DNA from: Camelus dromedarius | Lineage: Eukaryota | Direction: 5' to 3' | Assembly (NCBI RefSeq): GCF_036321535.1 | Contig: NC_087447.1 | Location: 52,640,001-52,704,000 of the forward strand | Length of the DNA: 64,000 nt | Shown here: in pieces, positions 48,631 through 61,499 of the stretch | Numbering within the stretch: position 1 is the stretch's first letter | Layout: each line of letters begins with the position of its first letter | Notes under the pieces: model-generated | Database searches by the model: none | Told to the model about the DNA's origin: nothing | The model's input: the letters and a program-made list of their open reading frames with translations, nothing else | Program-made: the position numbers and the translations under genes

Positions 48631-49579
48631 TTAAGGTCCCTTACTTGGCTGCAGCCAGATCTCAGAATCTAACTCTGTCCTATTTCAAAGCGGAAACAGC
48701 AAAGACACCAGACACGTATTAAGTGTCAGGAAAGTTGCCTGAGGTCACACAGCTGGCAACCAAAGGACCCGGGGCTCCGGTCTCCACTGGCCCATTTCTG
48801 ACCCTGTGCTCTGTGAGCGTATTCAGTTCCCCCTCTGGCCTTCCTCAGACCCCAAATTTCCCATTCCATGTCATAAGGCCACCGATTAAGTTCTGTTTCC
48901 AAATCAAGGCAGGGTCTTCCTGTTCCGTTAAGTCGCCAGGTTTTCCCCAAAGCGACTCATCTATGAACGCATAGTTAAGTTGCCCAAAGGGCACTTTGCT
49001 AGGAGGCAGCATCATTTCTAAAACCAAGTTTAGAAAATGTGAAGTGAAAGTGATTACTTAGTCAAAGATCCAAGATAGTAACCAAGGAAATAGAAAGAGC
49101 TGATAACAGAATACCTAGGAATGCCGCTGCTGCTGCAAATGAGTGTAAAACCCAACCGAGGCGGGGCAAGTAGGAGAAAGTGCCACAGTGACTGCACTGG
49201 ACGCTGATCGGAGCTGTTGCTGCATGCCTTTCTAGAGCTTTAAGCCTCCGTTTCCTGTTACCTGGTTTAAAATTAATTGGCATGAATTTTTTATGACCAG
49301 GAAGCAAACAGACTGACAGGTCTGCAGACCTGGCTGTGTCTTTCTTCCTGTGGAGTTCCCTATTTCTCTTGAATACGAGCTACACAGCTGTGCAGAAACA
49401 AGAAAATGAACCAACCTAGCCCTGATTATTCATTCTCAGTCCAATGACACCTCTTCCGTGAAGCCTGCTCCCACCAACCCGAGTCAGAATTAGTTACTCC
49501 CTTTCTTGGTTTTCCTATGGTAACAGGTGAATTACAACCTCTGTTATATTGCAGTTATTATCTTGTCTTCTTTTAAAGC

Positions 49580-50290
49580 ATCGTTTTTTTCTGACTATTT
49601 GCCCAAATATTTTAAATACAATGAAAACTCACCCATCACTAGCAATATGATTTTAGATTTCCTTCTAAATCTTTTTGTATACATATCCACGTATTCAGTC
49701 ATTCACATGCATACGCATCCAGATACTTTTCAAAATGGGATCATACTTTACACACTAATTTCAACCTACTTTTTAAACAGTTACATAGATATGTAATTAA
49801 TCCCCTACTGATGAACATTTGGGTTGTTTCCAATTTTTCACTGGTGTAAATACTCTAAAATCTTGGCACATACATCTTTTTTGTGGTTGTTTGATTATAT
49901 ACTTAGACTACATATTTTTTAACATTTAAAAAAATTATAATTGCCATCTCCCCCACCCCTAGACTATATCAAATTTCAATTTCCACCAGCAGTCTATGGG
50001 CATGCCAATCCCTTGTGCTCTCAACAGTCCTGGGCTTTAGCGTGCTCTTTTATCTTTGCCAAAGTGATGGGTAAATGGAGCCTGGTTATTTTAATCTACA
50101 ACTTTTGAATATCAGTTGAATATCTTTTTCTATGTTTCTCGGCCATTTGTACTTCTGTTTTCAGGAAGTGCAAGTTCGCTGTCCTTTCCCTGTTTCTTGG
50201 CCAGTGTTGGTCTCTTTCTTGTTTGTTACATAGAGTTTGCTAATCTTTTGCCTTGAATATCATTACTATTTTTTTTTTAGCTTTCTTCCA
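49580..50290 (-). mobile_element. Old L1 (L1ME-type) fragment
   Basis: cccctactgatgaacatttgggttgtttccaattttt...ttccaccagcagtctatg...tcggccatttgtacttct. Confidence 0.75.
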
Positions 50291-50339
50291 ACACGTTAAA
50301 TCACAGTAGAGGGCACTTCACCTATTAGTTGCCCCACCA

Positions 50340-51835
50340 GAATCCCAGAGCCCTGCCTTAATACCACCCTGTGCCTCCTCGCCCACAGCCAACCGGCCAC
50401 CAGGTCCTAACCATCCCACTTCCTAAACAGGCCTTAAACCAGTGTGTTTGTTTCCCTCTCCAGTGCCACCACCCTTGCCAAGCCACCATCCTCTCTCATC
50501 TGGACTCCTGCAGTCGCCTCCTACCTGTTCTCCTCACGTCCTCTACTCCATTCTCTCACCACCCAGAAGGTAGAGGGGTTTTTAAAAAATACACACAGGC
50601 CATTATGGAAAACAGTATGGAGATTCCTCAGAAAACTAAAAACAGACTTACCATATGATCCAGCAATCCCACTCCTGGGCATATATCCAGAGGGAACCTT
50701 AATTTGAAAAGACACCTGTACCCCAATGTTCATAGCAGCACTATTTACAATAGCCTAGACACAGAAACAACCTAAATATCCATTGACGGATGACTAGATA
50801 AAGAAGCTGTAGTATATTTATACGATGTACTACTCAGCCATAAAAAGAATAAAATACTGCCATTTGCAACAACATGGATGGACCTGGAGATTGTCATTCT
50901 AAATGAAATAAGCCAGAAAGAGAAAGAAAAATATCATATGATATCACTTATATGTGGAATCTAAAAAAAAAAAAAGACAAATGAACTCATTTACAAAACA
51001 GAAACAGACTCACAGACATAGAAGACAAACTTATGGTTACTGGGGCAGGGAGAGGGTGGGAAGGGGTAAACTGGGAGTTTGAGATTTGCAGATACTAACT
51101 ACTATATATGAAATAGATAAACGACAAATTTCTACTGTATAGCACAGGGAACTATATTCAATATCTTGTGGTAACCTATAATGAAAAAGAATATGAAAAG
51201 GAATATATGTATGTATATGTATAACTGAACTATTATGCTGCACACCAGAAACTGACACAACATTGTAAACTGACTATGCTTCAATTAAAAATAAAATACA
51301 CAGGGAATCATCCCTGCTGCCCCAAACCCTTTGATAGCTTCCTATTCCTTGAAGATCAGATTCAAAGTCCATAACGTGCTCTTGTGCCTTGAAAGGCTGC
51401 TTCTAGGACCCAGTTTCTGCGCTGCTTGGCCTCTGCATACAGCCACCTGCCCCTCAGTCTCTGCTCGTAGTGCGCTGGCTTCCTTTCAGGTCCTCTTCTC
51501 CCCATGTCGAGGCCCTGAACATGCTGTTCCTCCGCCTGGAAGGCTGTTCGCTCCCCTCTTTGCTGGCTACTCCAAACTCTCCCGGCCCCTCTCTCAGCTT
51601 AAACACCATCTCCTCACTGAAGCCCTGAGCCGCTAGACCAAGTGAGCTCCTCTGGCTATGCATGGAGTTTTCCTTCATGGCCCATCTCACAACTGCAATC
51701 TTGTACCACCTGGCATGGTTTGCAGGCTCCATGAGGGCAGGGATGGGACTCTACCCAGCACTGTCTACTCAGAACTCAGATGGTACCCAGCACAGAGCAG
51801 GCACTCATCATACACTTACTGAATTAATTTCTTTC
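50340..51835 (+). mobile_element. L2, split by a younger L1
   Basis: caagccaccatcctctctcatctggactcctgcagtcgcctcct...|...gctccatgagggcaggga...cacagagcaggcactca..acttactgaattaa. Confidence 0.75.
50600..51292 (+). mobile_element. Young camelid-type L1 3' end (about 0.7 kb)
   Basis: ORF2 end (PLWKTVWRFLRKLKTDLPYDPAIPLLGIYP in ORF 50444-50707) plus 3' UTR ...caccagaaactgacacaacattgtaaactgactatgcttcaatt; TSD aaaatacac(ac)agg. Confidence 0.92.
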
Positions 51836-53029
51836 TCAAGTTAAAAAAAAAAAATCACATAACCTGTCTATTCCAAGGACCAAGCAATCAACTCTAGGTT
51901 TTATGAATAAATTAATGTGAGTTTTCGTATGGAAAGCAGATGAGCTGAAAAGCCAGGCCTGGTGTTTAAGGGCACATTCCCTGGTGTAATTAAGCCCAGT
52001 CCTGAAGGACTGTCTCATCTCTCTCCAAAACAAACTGAAGCCTTGGCGTTGGGAACCGCAAGATCAGTGGGGTGGAAGGATCTGGAAGCAGAGTCCATGT
52101 CTGGTGCTTTTCTGTAGCTCCTTCCTCTCTTCTCCACCTCGTGTTTTGCCCACATTCAATGAACGACTCTTAATGGACTTAATTTCAAGCCAAATTACAT
52201 AGTAATTACATCTAAGTCACTGCCTTCTCTACTGTCTAACATTTAAAAATAAATTTGCATCACCTAGCACAATTGACTGGATGGGTTTTTTCCCTCTATA
52301 GATCAGTACCTATATTTATGAGTATTTCCTTTTAGGTTTTTTTTTTTTTTTCTGAATTAAAAAACTAAAAAAGTGAATTGCAGGTCAGACAGGCTCAGCT
52401 CTGCTGTAGTTACATCTCGGCCCTGCTCGCCACGCCCGCCTTGTCCTCCGCTCAGCATTCTGTGCACTGAACTTGGTGCAAGCGCACCCCTCTCCTTTTC
52501 CTACAGGGCCTCTGCGATGGAAGCCCCAGAGGAGGCCAGGGTGTGGAGCCACCGTTTCCTTGGCTTAATTTGGACTCTTCTCAAGCTAATCATGGAGCAC
52601 TACCCTGGGCGTGACCATCAGTTGCACGTAAGAGGTCAACGGACTCACTTTGGTCAACTCTGGCCACTGATATCCTGGGCGAGGCAGAGACTGGGAGGAG
52701 ATTGGTAGATCCGGGATTTGCTGAGGCCTGATGTGGAGGGCTCAGGTGTTCATCCATGCTAAGGGGGGCACAGAAGAAGAAGAAAAGCTCGCCTCCTGCC
52801 CTGGAGGAGACTGGGTTTCAGTTGGGAAGACAAGACCAAGATGCAGTAAATAGTCTCAGTCCCACCTCTGTCTGAAGCCTCATCCCCAACCACTCCTCTA
52901 CCTGCTGCTTTAAGATCCTCTTTTTTGAGCATCCCTCTTTCTGGAATGTCCTTCTCCATCTAAAGATCCAAAGAAGAGTGATTGGGACCCCTGGTGGGGC
53001 TCCATAAGTCTTTGTTAAATGTTGTTTAG

Positions 53030-53240
53030 AAGCATTGGCTCTGGACTCAGAGTCTGGCTTTGACCCCTGGCTCTATTAGCTCCCAGCTGGGTGAGCTTGG
53101 GCCACATCCTTAACCTCCTCATGTCTCTGTGTTTCCATCTGAAGTGCAGGGATAGTAAAAGCACCTACATCCTGGCTTACTGCAATGCCTACGTGCCTGT
53201 CGCCTAACAAAGGCTCAACAAATTGTCAGTGAATATTATT
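53030..53240 (+). mobile_element. MIR
   Basis: agcattggctctggactcaga...cagctgggtgagcttgggc...ggctcaacaaattg. Confidence 0.7.
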
Positions 53241-53269
53241 ATCACTGACACCATTGTAATTTTAGTTAA

Positions 53270-53500
53270 CAGTATAGTCCTTACTGTGTGCTAGGCATTG
53301 TCCTAAACACTTTACAAATATTAACTCATTTAATCCTCATAAGCAATTCCATGCAGTAGGAACTATTATTTTTCTCATTTTATAGATAGAAATGGTGGGT
53401 CCGAGAGGCTAATAAAATTGCCCAAAGTCACCTAATAAATAGTGGAGTCAGGATTGTGAACCCAGGCAGTCTGGCCCGGAAATCATGCTCTAAACCACTG
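53270..53500 (-). mobile_element. MIR, well preserved
   Basis: ttactgtgtgctaggcattgtcctaaacactttacaaatattaactcatttaatcctcataa...gaacccaggcagtctggc. Confidence 0.85.
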
Positions 53501-54809
53501 GATTATTAACCTTTATTTAATGAATTATCATAATTCTTAGTTATTAATAACTATTCATTTTTATTGATGATGGGTACCTGCCCACTCATATAGATGCCCA
53601 GACAGCTGGGGTGGTTAGGACGGGGTTTGGGTCTGGCAGCTAAGCTCAATGAGGTTCAGAGTCATCCAGTCCCAGGTGGGAACCAAGGATCAGAAAAGGA
53701 CACCAGGCAGAAGGCCAGTGCTGTGCACTGGGCCATTAGACTGGGAAAGGGAGAGGATAACAGAAGACCACAGTCAGCCCTGGGCACTCTGTGGTTGGAA
53801 AAAGTGCCCTGAGCGCCCAGGTCCCATCCACTAGGAGGGCTGAGGTTCCCCTGGGTTTCCCACTAGATCCAGGTGGACTCTAGGCCTCAGAACCTGCAAG
53901 GGAAGGACACCAGTGACCCAGCCGAGCAGGCTGGAGAAAGCGCAGGGTAAAGCCCCCTTTCTGGGGGTCCCTGCTGCCCCTGCACACGAGGTCCCAGTGA
54001 CCCCCTGGCTCAGAGATGCTTCTTGAGCTTTAAGTATCCCCCTCTTCAGACGCAGAGGCTGTTGATGCAAGCTATGCTGGTCATGTCACTGCCAGATATC
54101 TGAGCGAGGGGGAGCTCTCCCCTGAGGACCGTGGTCTGTAGGTTCCAACCTCACTGTGGTTGGTGTGTGGATTTTTTTTCCTGGACTTCTGCTGCTGCTC
54201 AGGTCCTCAACCCAGGCTTACTTTAGCTATCTTTAGGGTATTTCAAAGGTTTTGCCCTCCCTCCCTCCCTCTTGGTTAGATTTCTGCTTTTGTGGGAGAT
54301 CACAAAAATGAAGAATTTTAGGCATGAGGCAATTCAGGATGAGAAAACTGGACTTTAGCCGCCGGGCCTTGGCCGACAGCCTAAGAACCCACGGCTTGGC
54401 AGGGTTAAGAATAAAACCCGATGCCTTAACTGGCTTTCCAAAGACCAGCTGTGTCCTCCTCTGAGTGGGGTCACTCTACACCCTGGCTGGGAACACCTGA
54501 CATCAAGTTGCTTTCAGAGTGAGGTATTTTTCCATGTTGTACAACAGAGATAACGATGGTTTTATTATTTGCCTAAAAACGTGGACAGTCCAATAACGAT
54601 CTAAGATGTTACATGATACCATCACTTCTTTTCAACCAGGCCCATGGAACCATGGGAGAGAGCCTCTTTAATTTTTAAAAAACACGAAAGTCAGCTCTCC
54701 TCGACACATCAGCTTCTCCACCCAGCTGCTTCAGGCTCACCCTTCCATTAGCACGCAACTGCTGGCTGCTTCCTCTGCGTGCCAGACCCAGATGGGAACT
54801 GGTGGCCGG

Positions 54810-55030
54810 GAAGGTGGAGACAGCATGGAGGTCACCCATGTTCAAATCCTGGCTCTGACTCAGATGAGCCGTGTGGCTCGGAGAAAGTTAACTAACCTCT
54901 CTGAGCCTCAGCTTCCTCATCTGCAAAGTGGAGAGTCTTGTCCAACCTTCCAGGGTTGTTGTGGGAATTCTAAGGAATGGCATTTCTCATGCACATTGCT
55001 GGGGCCTGCATGTCAGTTCTGAACAGCACG
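54810..55030 (+). mobile_element. MIR
   Basis: gttcaaatcctggctctg...taacctctctgagcctcagcttcctcatctgcaaagtgg. Confidence 0.8.
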
Positions 55031-55063
55031 CACTGCTTTTATAACATCCACTAATAATGATGG

Positions 55064-55615
55064 TCAAGAAGAAGTGGAGACAACCTAAATGTCCATCAAC
55101 AGATGAATGAAGAAAGAAGATGTGGTAATGTATACACACACACACACACACACAGGAATATTATTTATCCATAAAAAGGAATGAAATAATGCCATTTGCA
55201 GCAGCATTGATGGACCTAGTGATTATTACACTGAGTGACATAAGTCAGAGAAAGACAAATATCATATGATATCACTTATATGCCAAATCTAAAAAAAATG
55301 ATACAAATTCTATTTACAAACCAAAACCAGACCTATGGACGTAGAAAACAAACTATGGTTCCCAAAACAGAAAGGGAAGGGAGGGATAAATTAGAGGCTG
55401 GGGATTAACAGACACTCATTACTATATATAAAATAGATAAACAGGGACCTACTGTATAGTACAGGAAACTACATTCAATTTCTCGTAATAACATATAATG
55501 GAAAAGAATCTGAAAAGAAAAAAAATGTGCATATGTATAACTGAATCACTTTGCTGTGTACCTGAAGCTAACATTGTAAATCAACTACACTTCAATACAA
55601 AATTAAAAAAAAATA
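55064..55615 (+). mobile_element. Cetartiodactyl-type L1 3' end
   Basis: caacctaaatgtccatcaacagatgaatg...gaaataatgccatttgcagca...actgaatcactttgctgtgtacctgaagctaacattgtaaatcaactacacttcaat plus A-tail. Confidence 0.9.
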
Positions 55616-55619
55616 AGAC

Positions 55620-56050
55620 ATGCTCCCTGCATGAAAAGGTACAAAGTGTGACAGGTGGGATGGGGCAGTCTGTGATCCGCAGTAGCATCCAGCCCAGAAG
55701 GGGTCAGTCCCACCGCGATAGGACTGGGCGAAGCAGGCTTCAAGCAAGACATCAAGTGAGCACAGGGTTTTCAGAACGGAAAGGTCCACGGCAGGAGGTA
55801 CGAAATGCAGACTCGTCTGAAAAGGGTGAGCAGCAGCAGGAGCAGTGGATCTTCTGAGAGCATGCGTGCTACAAAGGATGCAGGGGTGGAGCCTGGAAGA
55901 CCTCGTGGGCCAGGTTCTAGCAACAGGTTCAGCCATCAGGGGGTTTTAAGCTGGGCAATCATAGGGCCACGTTTGTCCTTGAGATCAGTCCCTGGCTGCA
56001 GTGAGGCTGGACTGGAGGGGAGAGCCTGCGGCAGGGGGAGACAAGGAGCT
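55620..56050 (-). mobile_element. L2 fragment
   Basis: cagccatcagggggttttaagctggg...gagatcagtccctggctgcagtg. Confidence 0.55.
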
Positions 56051-56459
56051 GTGGCTGACCCAGGCCGAAGGGAAGGGTCTCTAATTTCACTCATCAGGCT
56101 GCTAGTAGCCCCTGCCTGGCTCCTCAGGGCCACTTGACTGCAATGGCCCAGTTACCTACCAGAGGCTGTGGGCATCGCTGCCCCATAGCTGCTCTGAGGA
56201 GAGTCCTTTCAGCATCAACTACAAAACCATCTGCCCGAATCAACCTGTTCCTTTCTGACATGGCTGGGACTGCACCTTCCCCTCTGCAGGCCTCTCAACC
56301 CCAGCGCCGTCTCATAGCCCCTGGCTGGAGCCACTGACAGGGTGACGGGGCTGTGGCCACAGCCTCCATCAAAGCAACTCAATTCCCTTCTGTTAGATTA
56401 TTTTTGTGTGTGGACCCACACTCAGTTTTGAGGATCATATGAGATCCTAACAGACGAGG

Positions 56460-56800
56460 CCATGGGCCCCAGAGGTTTATAGTCAAGGACACAGGTCTGT
56501 GCTGTAGCCCAAGGCTGAGTGGTTCAAGGGAGGCCCGAGTGACAGGGCTGCGGGCACCAAAGAGACAGAGCCGTGAATTCTCCTTGGCAGCGTCAGAAAA
56601 AGCTTTATGCGAGAGGTGGCACTTGCCAGGGCCCTGGGGACAAAGGAGGCATTGGACAGGCAAAGGGTGAGAAAAGAGCTTTCCAGGCTGAGGGAGGGTG
56701 CGTGCAGAGAAGGCAGTGCTGCTTTCTCTGGCTGGACCACAGGGCTTGAAGAGGAGGTGCCGGGAGGCAAAGACCAAGGGGTGCTGAGGTCCCGCTGGGA
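56460..56800 (-). mobile_element. L2 fragment
   Basis: cgtcagaaaaagctttatgcgagaggtggcacttg...gctttccaggctgagggagggtgcgtgcaga. Confidence 0.6.
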
Positions 56801-57164
56801 GGGGCCTGATGTCACCTTCTCCTTTCTTCCCCAAGGCACAGGAACTATGGTCCCATAAGAAACAGCAAAGCAGGAAATGCATTAAGCACCACTGTGCATC
56901 TGCCACGTGCATGACGTTAACCCTACACAAGTCGTTTGGTCGGAATGTGGTAACCATCCCGGGAGGCACATGTTGTTATCATCCTCGTTTTACATCTGAA
57001 GAAACTAAGGTTGAGAGAGATTCCCTGACCTGCCTAAGGCTGCAGAGGCAAGGACAGAGCCCAGATACCTGAATACAGTCCCAGCGATCCTTCCTCTGCC
57101 CACACCAGCTCCCTAAACGGCGGAGGCAGATGCTTAATATGTTTCAAACAGTTGAGGAGACAGA

Positions 57165-57214
57165 ATCATCATCACCACCACCGTCTTCATCATCATCACG
57201 ACCACCATCGTCAT
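57165..57214. repeat. Imperfect (CAT/CAC)n trinucleotide repeat
   Basis: atcatcatcaccaccaccgtcttcatcatcatcacgaccaccatcgtcat. Confidence 0.8.
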
Positions 57215-57689
57215 GGGCTCAAAATTTTACTTCATAAAGGAGAAGATGTACCATATGTGCCTCTTTGTAACAGGATCTTACAAGATTCCCAAGCATATCT
57301 GTCTAATTAAAATCAACCGCTACCAGTGACCACCTGCGGTCATTGCCAGCCTGCAGGGTGTGCCGTACTTCACGACATGCTGATAACGACTTGACAACAA
57401 CCCTATAAAGCAGGTTTTACTTCCCTGGTTTTATGGTCGAGGGCATGGAAGCTCAGAGAGGCAAACTGATGTGCCCTAATGGTGCAGAGCAGGAACCAGA
57501 CACACGTCTGGGTGCCCAGCCAAGACCTGCCACCTGCCATTCTCTTGGCAGCCAACTGCCACCTGCCAACTTCAAAATCAACAGTCTGTACTTCCAAGGG
57601 GTCCTCTTCTGCTGGCCCATATGAGTGAATGATGCCCCTTTCCCACCAGCAGCACAAGCTAGGCCACCTCTCAGCACCCCTCCCCTTCA

Positions 57690-58080
57690 CCTCACCTCTG
57701 CATTAACCCCTCACCGAATCCCTCTGGTTCTTTCTCTCAGTCCTGTCCAGTTCTCCCGTCTCTGCCTCCACTAATCAAGGCCAAGATACAACCATGTCCC
57801 ACCTAAGCTTCTGCAGTGGCTTCCCAGCTGGTCTCCCTGTATCCTGCACTCGTAGAGATGTGAGCCCTTCCTTGGCTCCAGTGCCCAGAGAGCTGCTGCT
57901 GGTAGCTCTGTTTCCTCTCACCAAATGCCCCGCCCCACTCATCTCCTCAAACACCCCACTGTCTGTCCTGTTTCAGAGCATTTACAGAAGCTAACCTCAA
58001 CTTTGCAGACCCAGCTCAAATGTCACTTCCTCCGGGAAGTCTTCCCAGACTCCCCATCTAGATCAGCATGAACACACCAG
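57690..58080 (+). mobile_element. L2 fragment
   Basis: ttcccagctggtctccctg...agacccagctcaaatgtcacttcctccgggaagtcttccc. Confidence 0.7.
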
Positions 58081-58849
58081 GACAGCTGTGCCTGTGGATG
58101 AACTATGGAAGCACTTCTGGACCAGTTGCTACAGAGTCGCTGCCCTGAACCCCAGGGTGCCACCTACCATGACCTCAGCTCCTCCCCAGGGCCCTCCAGC
58201 CAGCCCTTCCCACAACCCAGAGGATAAGGCACATGTGACAAGCAGAAGGCTCCCGGACCTGCTGAGCACTGCAGCCGAGGCCCGTTCTGACTGGCCCATG
58301 CACGGGCAGTCTAGCTTGTTAAATATTTTGAATGCCACCCCTGCTCTTGATCGTGTACTTCTCATAGTTTATAGTTATGATTTATTTGTGTGACTTTTTG
58401 AGTCATGAACTCTGGGAGGGCAGGGAGCACAAAAGTTAGGCTTACCACGTCCAGGCTCAGCAGAGATGGTCCAAGTGACATAATGAATTAAAGGAACAGC
58501 AAGTGCTGTGTCCTCCACCTTTCTGATGTATCTGCTCAGCTTTTCTAGCAATTTCAGGGACCCAGCAATAAAGAAGCTGTGCTGATACAACAGACCATCC
58601 GAGCGAGCTCAGCAGCGGGGTTGGGCAGGAGGGGGTGCCTGTCCCGACAGAGTGACTTCATGATTTCCGCTACCTGCAGACCCTGGGGAGACCGGAGGAA
58701 GGCAGTCCTTCTGGGCGTGACTTTTCCTGTTCCTTAGTCACTTTATCAATCTCGTAAATCAATCTCATATCAGTTCTCAAACCCAGCCCCAGGTTTTATT
58801 CATCAGGCAACACATTAGTCCCAAAGGCTACCTTCTCTCATGGTTGCTA

Positions 58850-59400
58850 TTGTAAAACTCCCTGAGCAAGTTTCCCTGCCTCACCTCTCACTCCCGCTGA
58901 TTCTTCTCCTGCACCAAGTATGTTCTTAAAAGGTGCATCTGTTCATGTCTTTCCTCTGTTGAAAGCTCTGTGGCTTCACACTGTCCTTGAGATATGTTCA
59001 AACCCTCCCCCAGTTTACAAGGTCTTCTCTGGGTCTTGTCTCACCCTCTAACTTCACCATCTGCTTCTCTCCTCATTCTCTTCTAGTTCCTCCATCAACA
59101 CACACTTTTTCCTGCCTCAGGGCCTTTGCACATGCTGTCCTGATTTCTAGAACTTCCCAGCTCATTTCCATTCACCTTCTTTGTTTTAACTTAAAGAGCA
59201 CGTACTTGCTGACTAATATACATTGGTCAGCTCCTCCAATGATCCATTCAGCATATCTGAACCCACTACTCAATGTCTATCTTGAATAGAAGCCCCATAT
59301 GGGCAGGGACTATGTCATCTCATCCACTGCTCTATCTAGCCCATTGCTCAGCCCAGTTCCTGACACAGAGATTCAATCAACATTTGATGAAAGAATAATC
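58850..59400 (+). mobile_element. L2 3' fragment
   Basis: cctgcctcagggcctttgcacatgctgt...ccatatgggcagggactatgtc...tcaatcaacatttgatgaaagaat. Confidence 0.75.
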
Positions 59401-60285
59401 AATATGATGAAGCTGTAAGCTGACAGGTAAATTCTAACAGTTACCATAGAGATTTCAAAAATTAGCAAATCAATTTACCTCCCTCCTTCTGAGGTGTGGA
59501 AGGGGTCTGAAAACTCAGTAGTGCAGTTCGTAAGGGACCAGACTGAACTCTTAGGAAAGAACTTGAACTGTTAATAAATAAAAAAGGATGGAAGGAAGGA
59601 AAAAAGAAAGGAAGAAAGAAAGACTAGAAAAAAAGGAGTCAAGGAAAAGAATAGAAGATGACCTCTCCAAAGCAATGCTGAGTAAATGTGCAGGAGAGGA
59701 CTCACTGACGATTTGCTTGCCCCTGACAAGCCAAGAACTGGTCATTCCGTTCCAGGACATGGGACCCACACTGGATGGGTCCCATCCCGCCTCTGACCCT
59801 GACCAGCTGTGTGACCCTCAGCCAGGCATTTGCTCTCTACATCTCAGCTTCCCTCCTGCAAAAGAAGTGCCCATGCCCCCCCGGGATCTGGAGTTTCTGC
59901 ACAGGAGCCTCACGGAAGAACCAGGATGTGGAGGGTGTGGAGACTCAGAGATGCAGTACTATGGCATTCTCCATGCAGGATTCCCCAAGGGGGAGCCCAG
60001 GCTCATGGGGGCAGCGGGGAGCCTCCATCCCCACTCCTCCCACGCCATCCCAGGCTTCTCTGACATTCTCAGCCACCAACAAATTGGGAGATGTTGGTCT
60101 GATGTAACTGAAAGTCAACCAGGCTGCACAGGGCCCAGGGAATTGCTTCTGAAACCACTACAGATGTGGGAGTAGAGGCGGCTGGGAGGACAGTAGGAGG
60201 AGGGGCTATGCTGCTGAATGCGAGGCCCTGGGCCTGATGTATCCTGGAGTCCCAGGTGTTGGGGCAGCCTAGAGAATACCTGGGA

Positions 60286-60721
60286 CAAAGATCTTAGCCT
60301 TTTTGTCTCATGGACTCCTTTGGCTGTTTCTCAAAACTTATAGGCCCTTTCCCAGAAAAATGTTTCCAAATGCAAAAAATAAAATCCATAGTATTCCAAT
60401 GGAAACCAATTATATTAAAATGGTTACCAAAATGTGAAATTGATAAATCTGATACAGTAATGTTTTTACTTCTCTTTAAGGTCAAGATTTGTAACAAGAT
60501 CTAGTGGCAGGTGTAATACCTCTCGTAACTTTGGAGTAGTAATGAGTGGAAATGATATTTTGTGGTACCTCTAACAACTTTAATGGGATACAAAAGTATC
60601 TAATTCCTCCTGGTAATAAAGCCCAGAGACTTCTCATGCCAGTGTGGTTTACGGCCTATGTTCACAACGAGAGAGAATGTTAACTTCTTTCCCAGGAACG
60701 TGCTCACGTTAAGAACTTCTG
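60286..60721 (+). mobile_element. MER119-like hAT-Charlie element
   Basis: tcttagcctttttgtctcatggactcctttggc...ggaaaccaattatatt...taacaagatctagtggc...gttaagaacttctg. Confidence 0.75.
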
Positions 60722-60779
60722 TTTGAGGGCGACTCAAGAACTTACGCCTTTCTGAAAGGGGCAGTCACCGTCCAGCATC

Positions 60780-60955
60780 AGCGGAGGATGCCACGCAGGA
60801 AGGTGCATCTGGCATTACCAAATCTAACTTCCAAAGAGAAGGTGGAAATCCATATCTTTGGCAAAATGTCCTAGTTTTTATATTAAATGTCTTGATAATC
60901 AAAACAGGATGAGAGCCCCAAAACATGTCTACAGGCTGTCAGTTTGCAGCCTCTG
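60780..60955 (+). mobile_element. MER102-like hAT fragment
   Basis: ggaaatccatatcttt...caaaacatgtctacaggctgtcagtttgcagcctctg. Confidence 0.45.
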
Positions 60956-61499
60956 GGCTGTACAGACAGCTGGGGATAGGAGATGAAACAGGTCAGTGTT
61001 TCCTATACAGCCCCAAAGGTTCCTCACCTCAACCTAGCCTTGGAGGTCAGGTGGTGCCCATGCAGAGTAGGCATCCCTGCGAGGGGAACTGAGGCCCCCC
61101 CAGTGGAGACAGCTGGTCCTAAAATTGTGCCCTCTGTCCCTCACTGCTGTGAGGTTGGTATGTTTTATTAATAAGCCTGGATCATGCTCACAGCACATAA
61201 AGGTAAACAGAGATGCTTCCAGGGTGGGTAATGCAGGCAGTTCTAATAGATGAAGAAACAGGCTTCCAAATATAAATAGGAAGATAAGATAGAGATCCAA
61301 GTCTGCTTCATGTTGATCTGCAGGCTGAGAGCCACAGGCTCGGAGAGTCGTGAATCATTTGGGCTGGAAGAGACCTTCATTCAGAGGATGAGGACACAGG
61401 ACCAGAAAGGGGAAAAGTCTTGCCAGGGGTCATACTCCTTATGTGAATACTTCTGATTTCTCATAGCATCAGTTTCCTCATCTGAAGACTCGGACAGAA

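Noticed and set aside
59588..60175. 195-aa ORF with a Lys/Glu-rich N-terminus
   Set aside because: The N-terminus is translated A/G-rich simple repeat and the middle is MIR-derived
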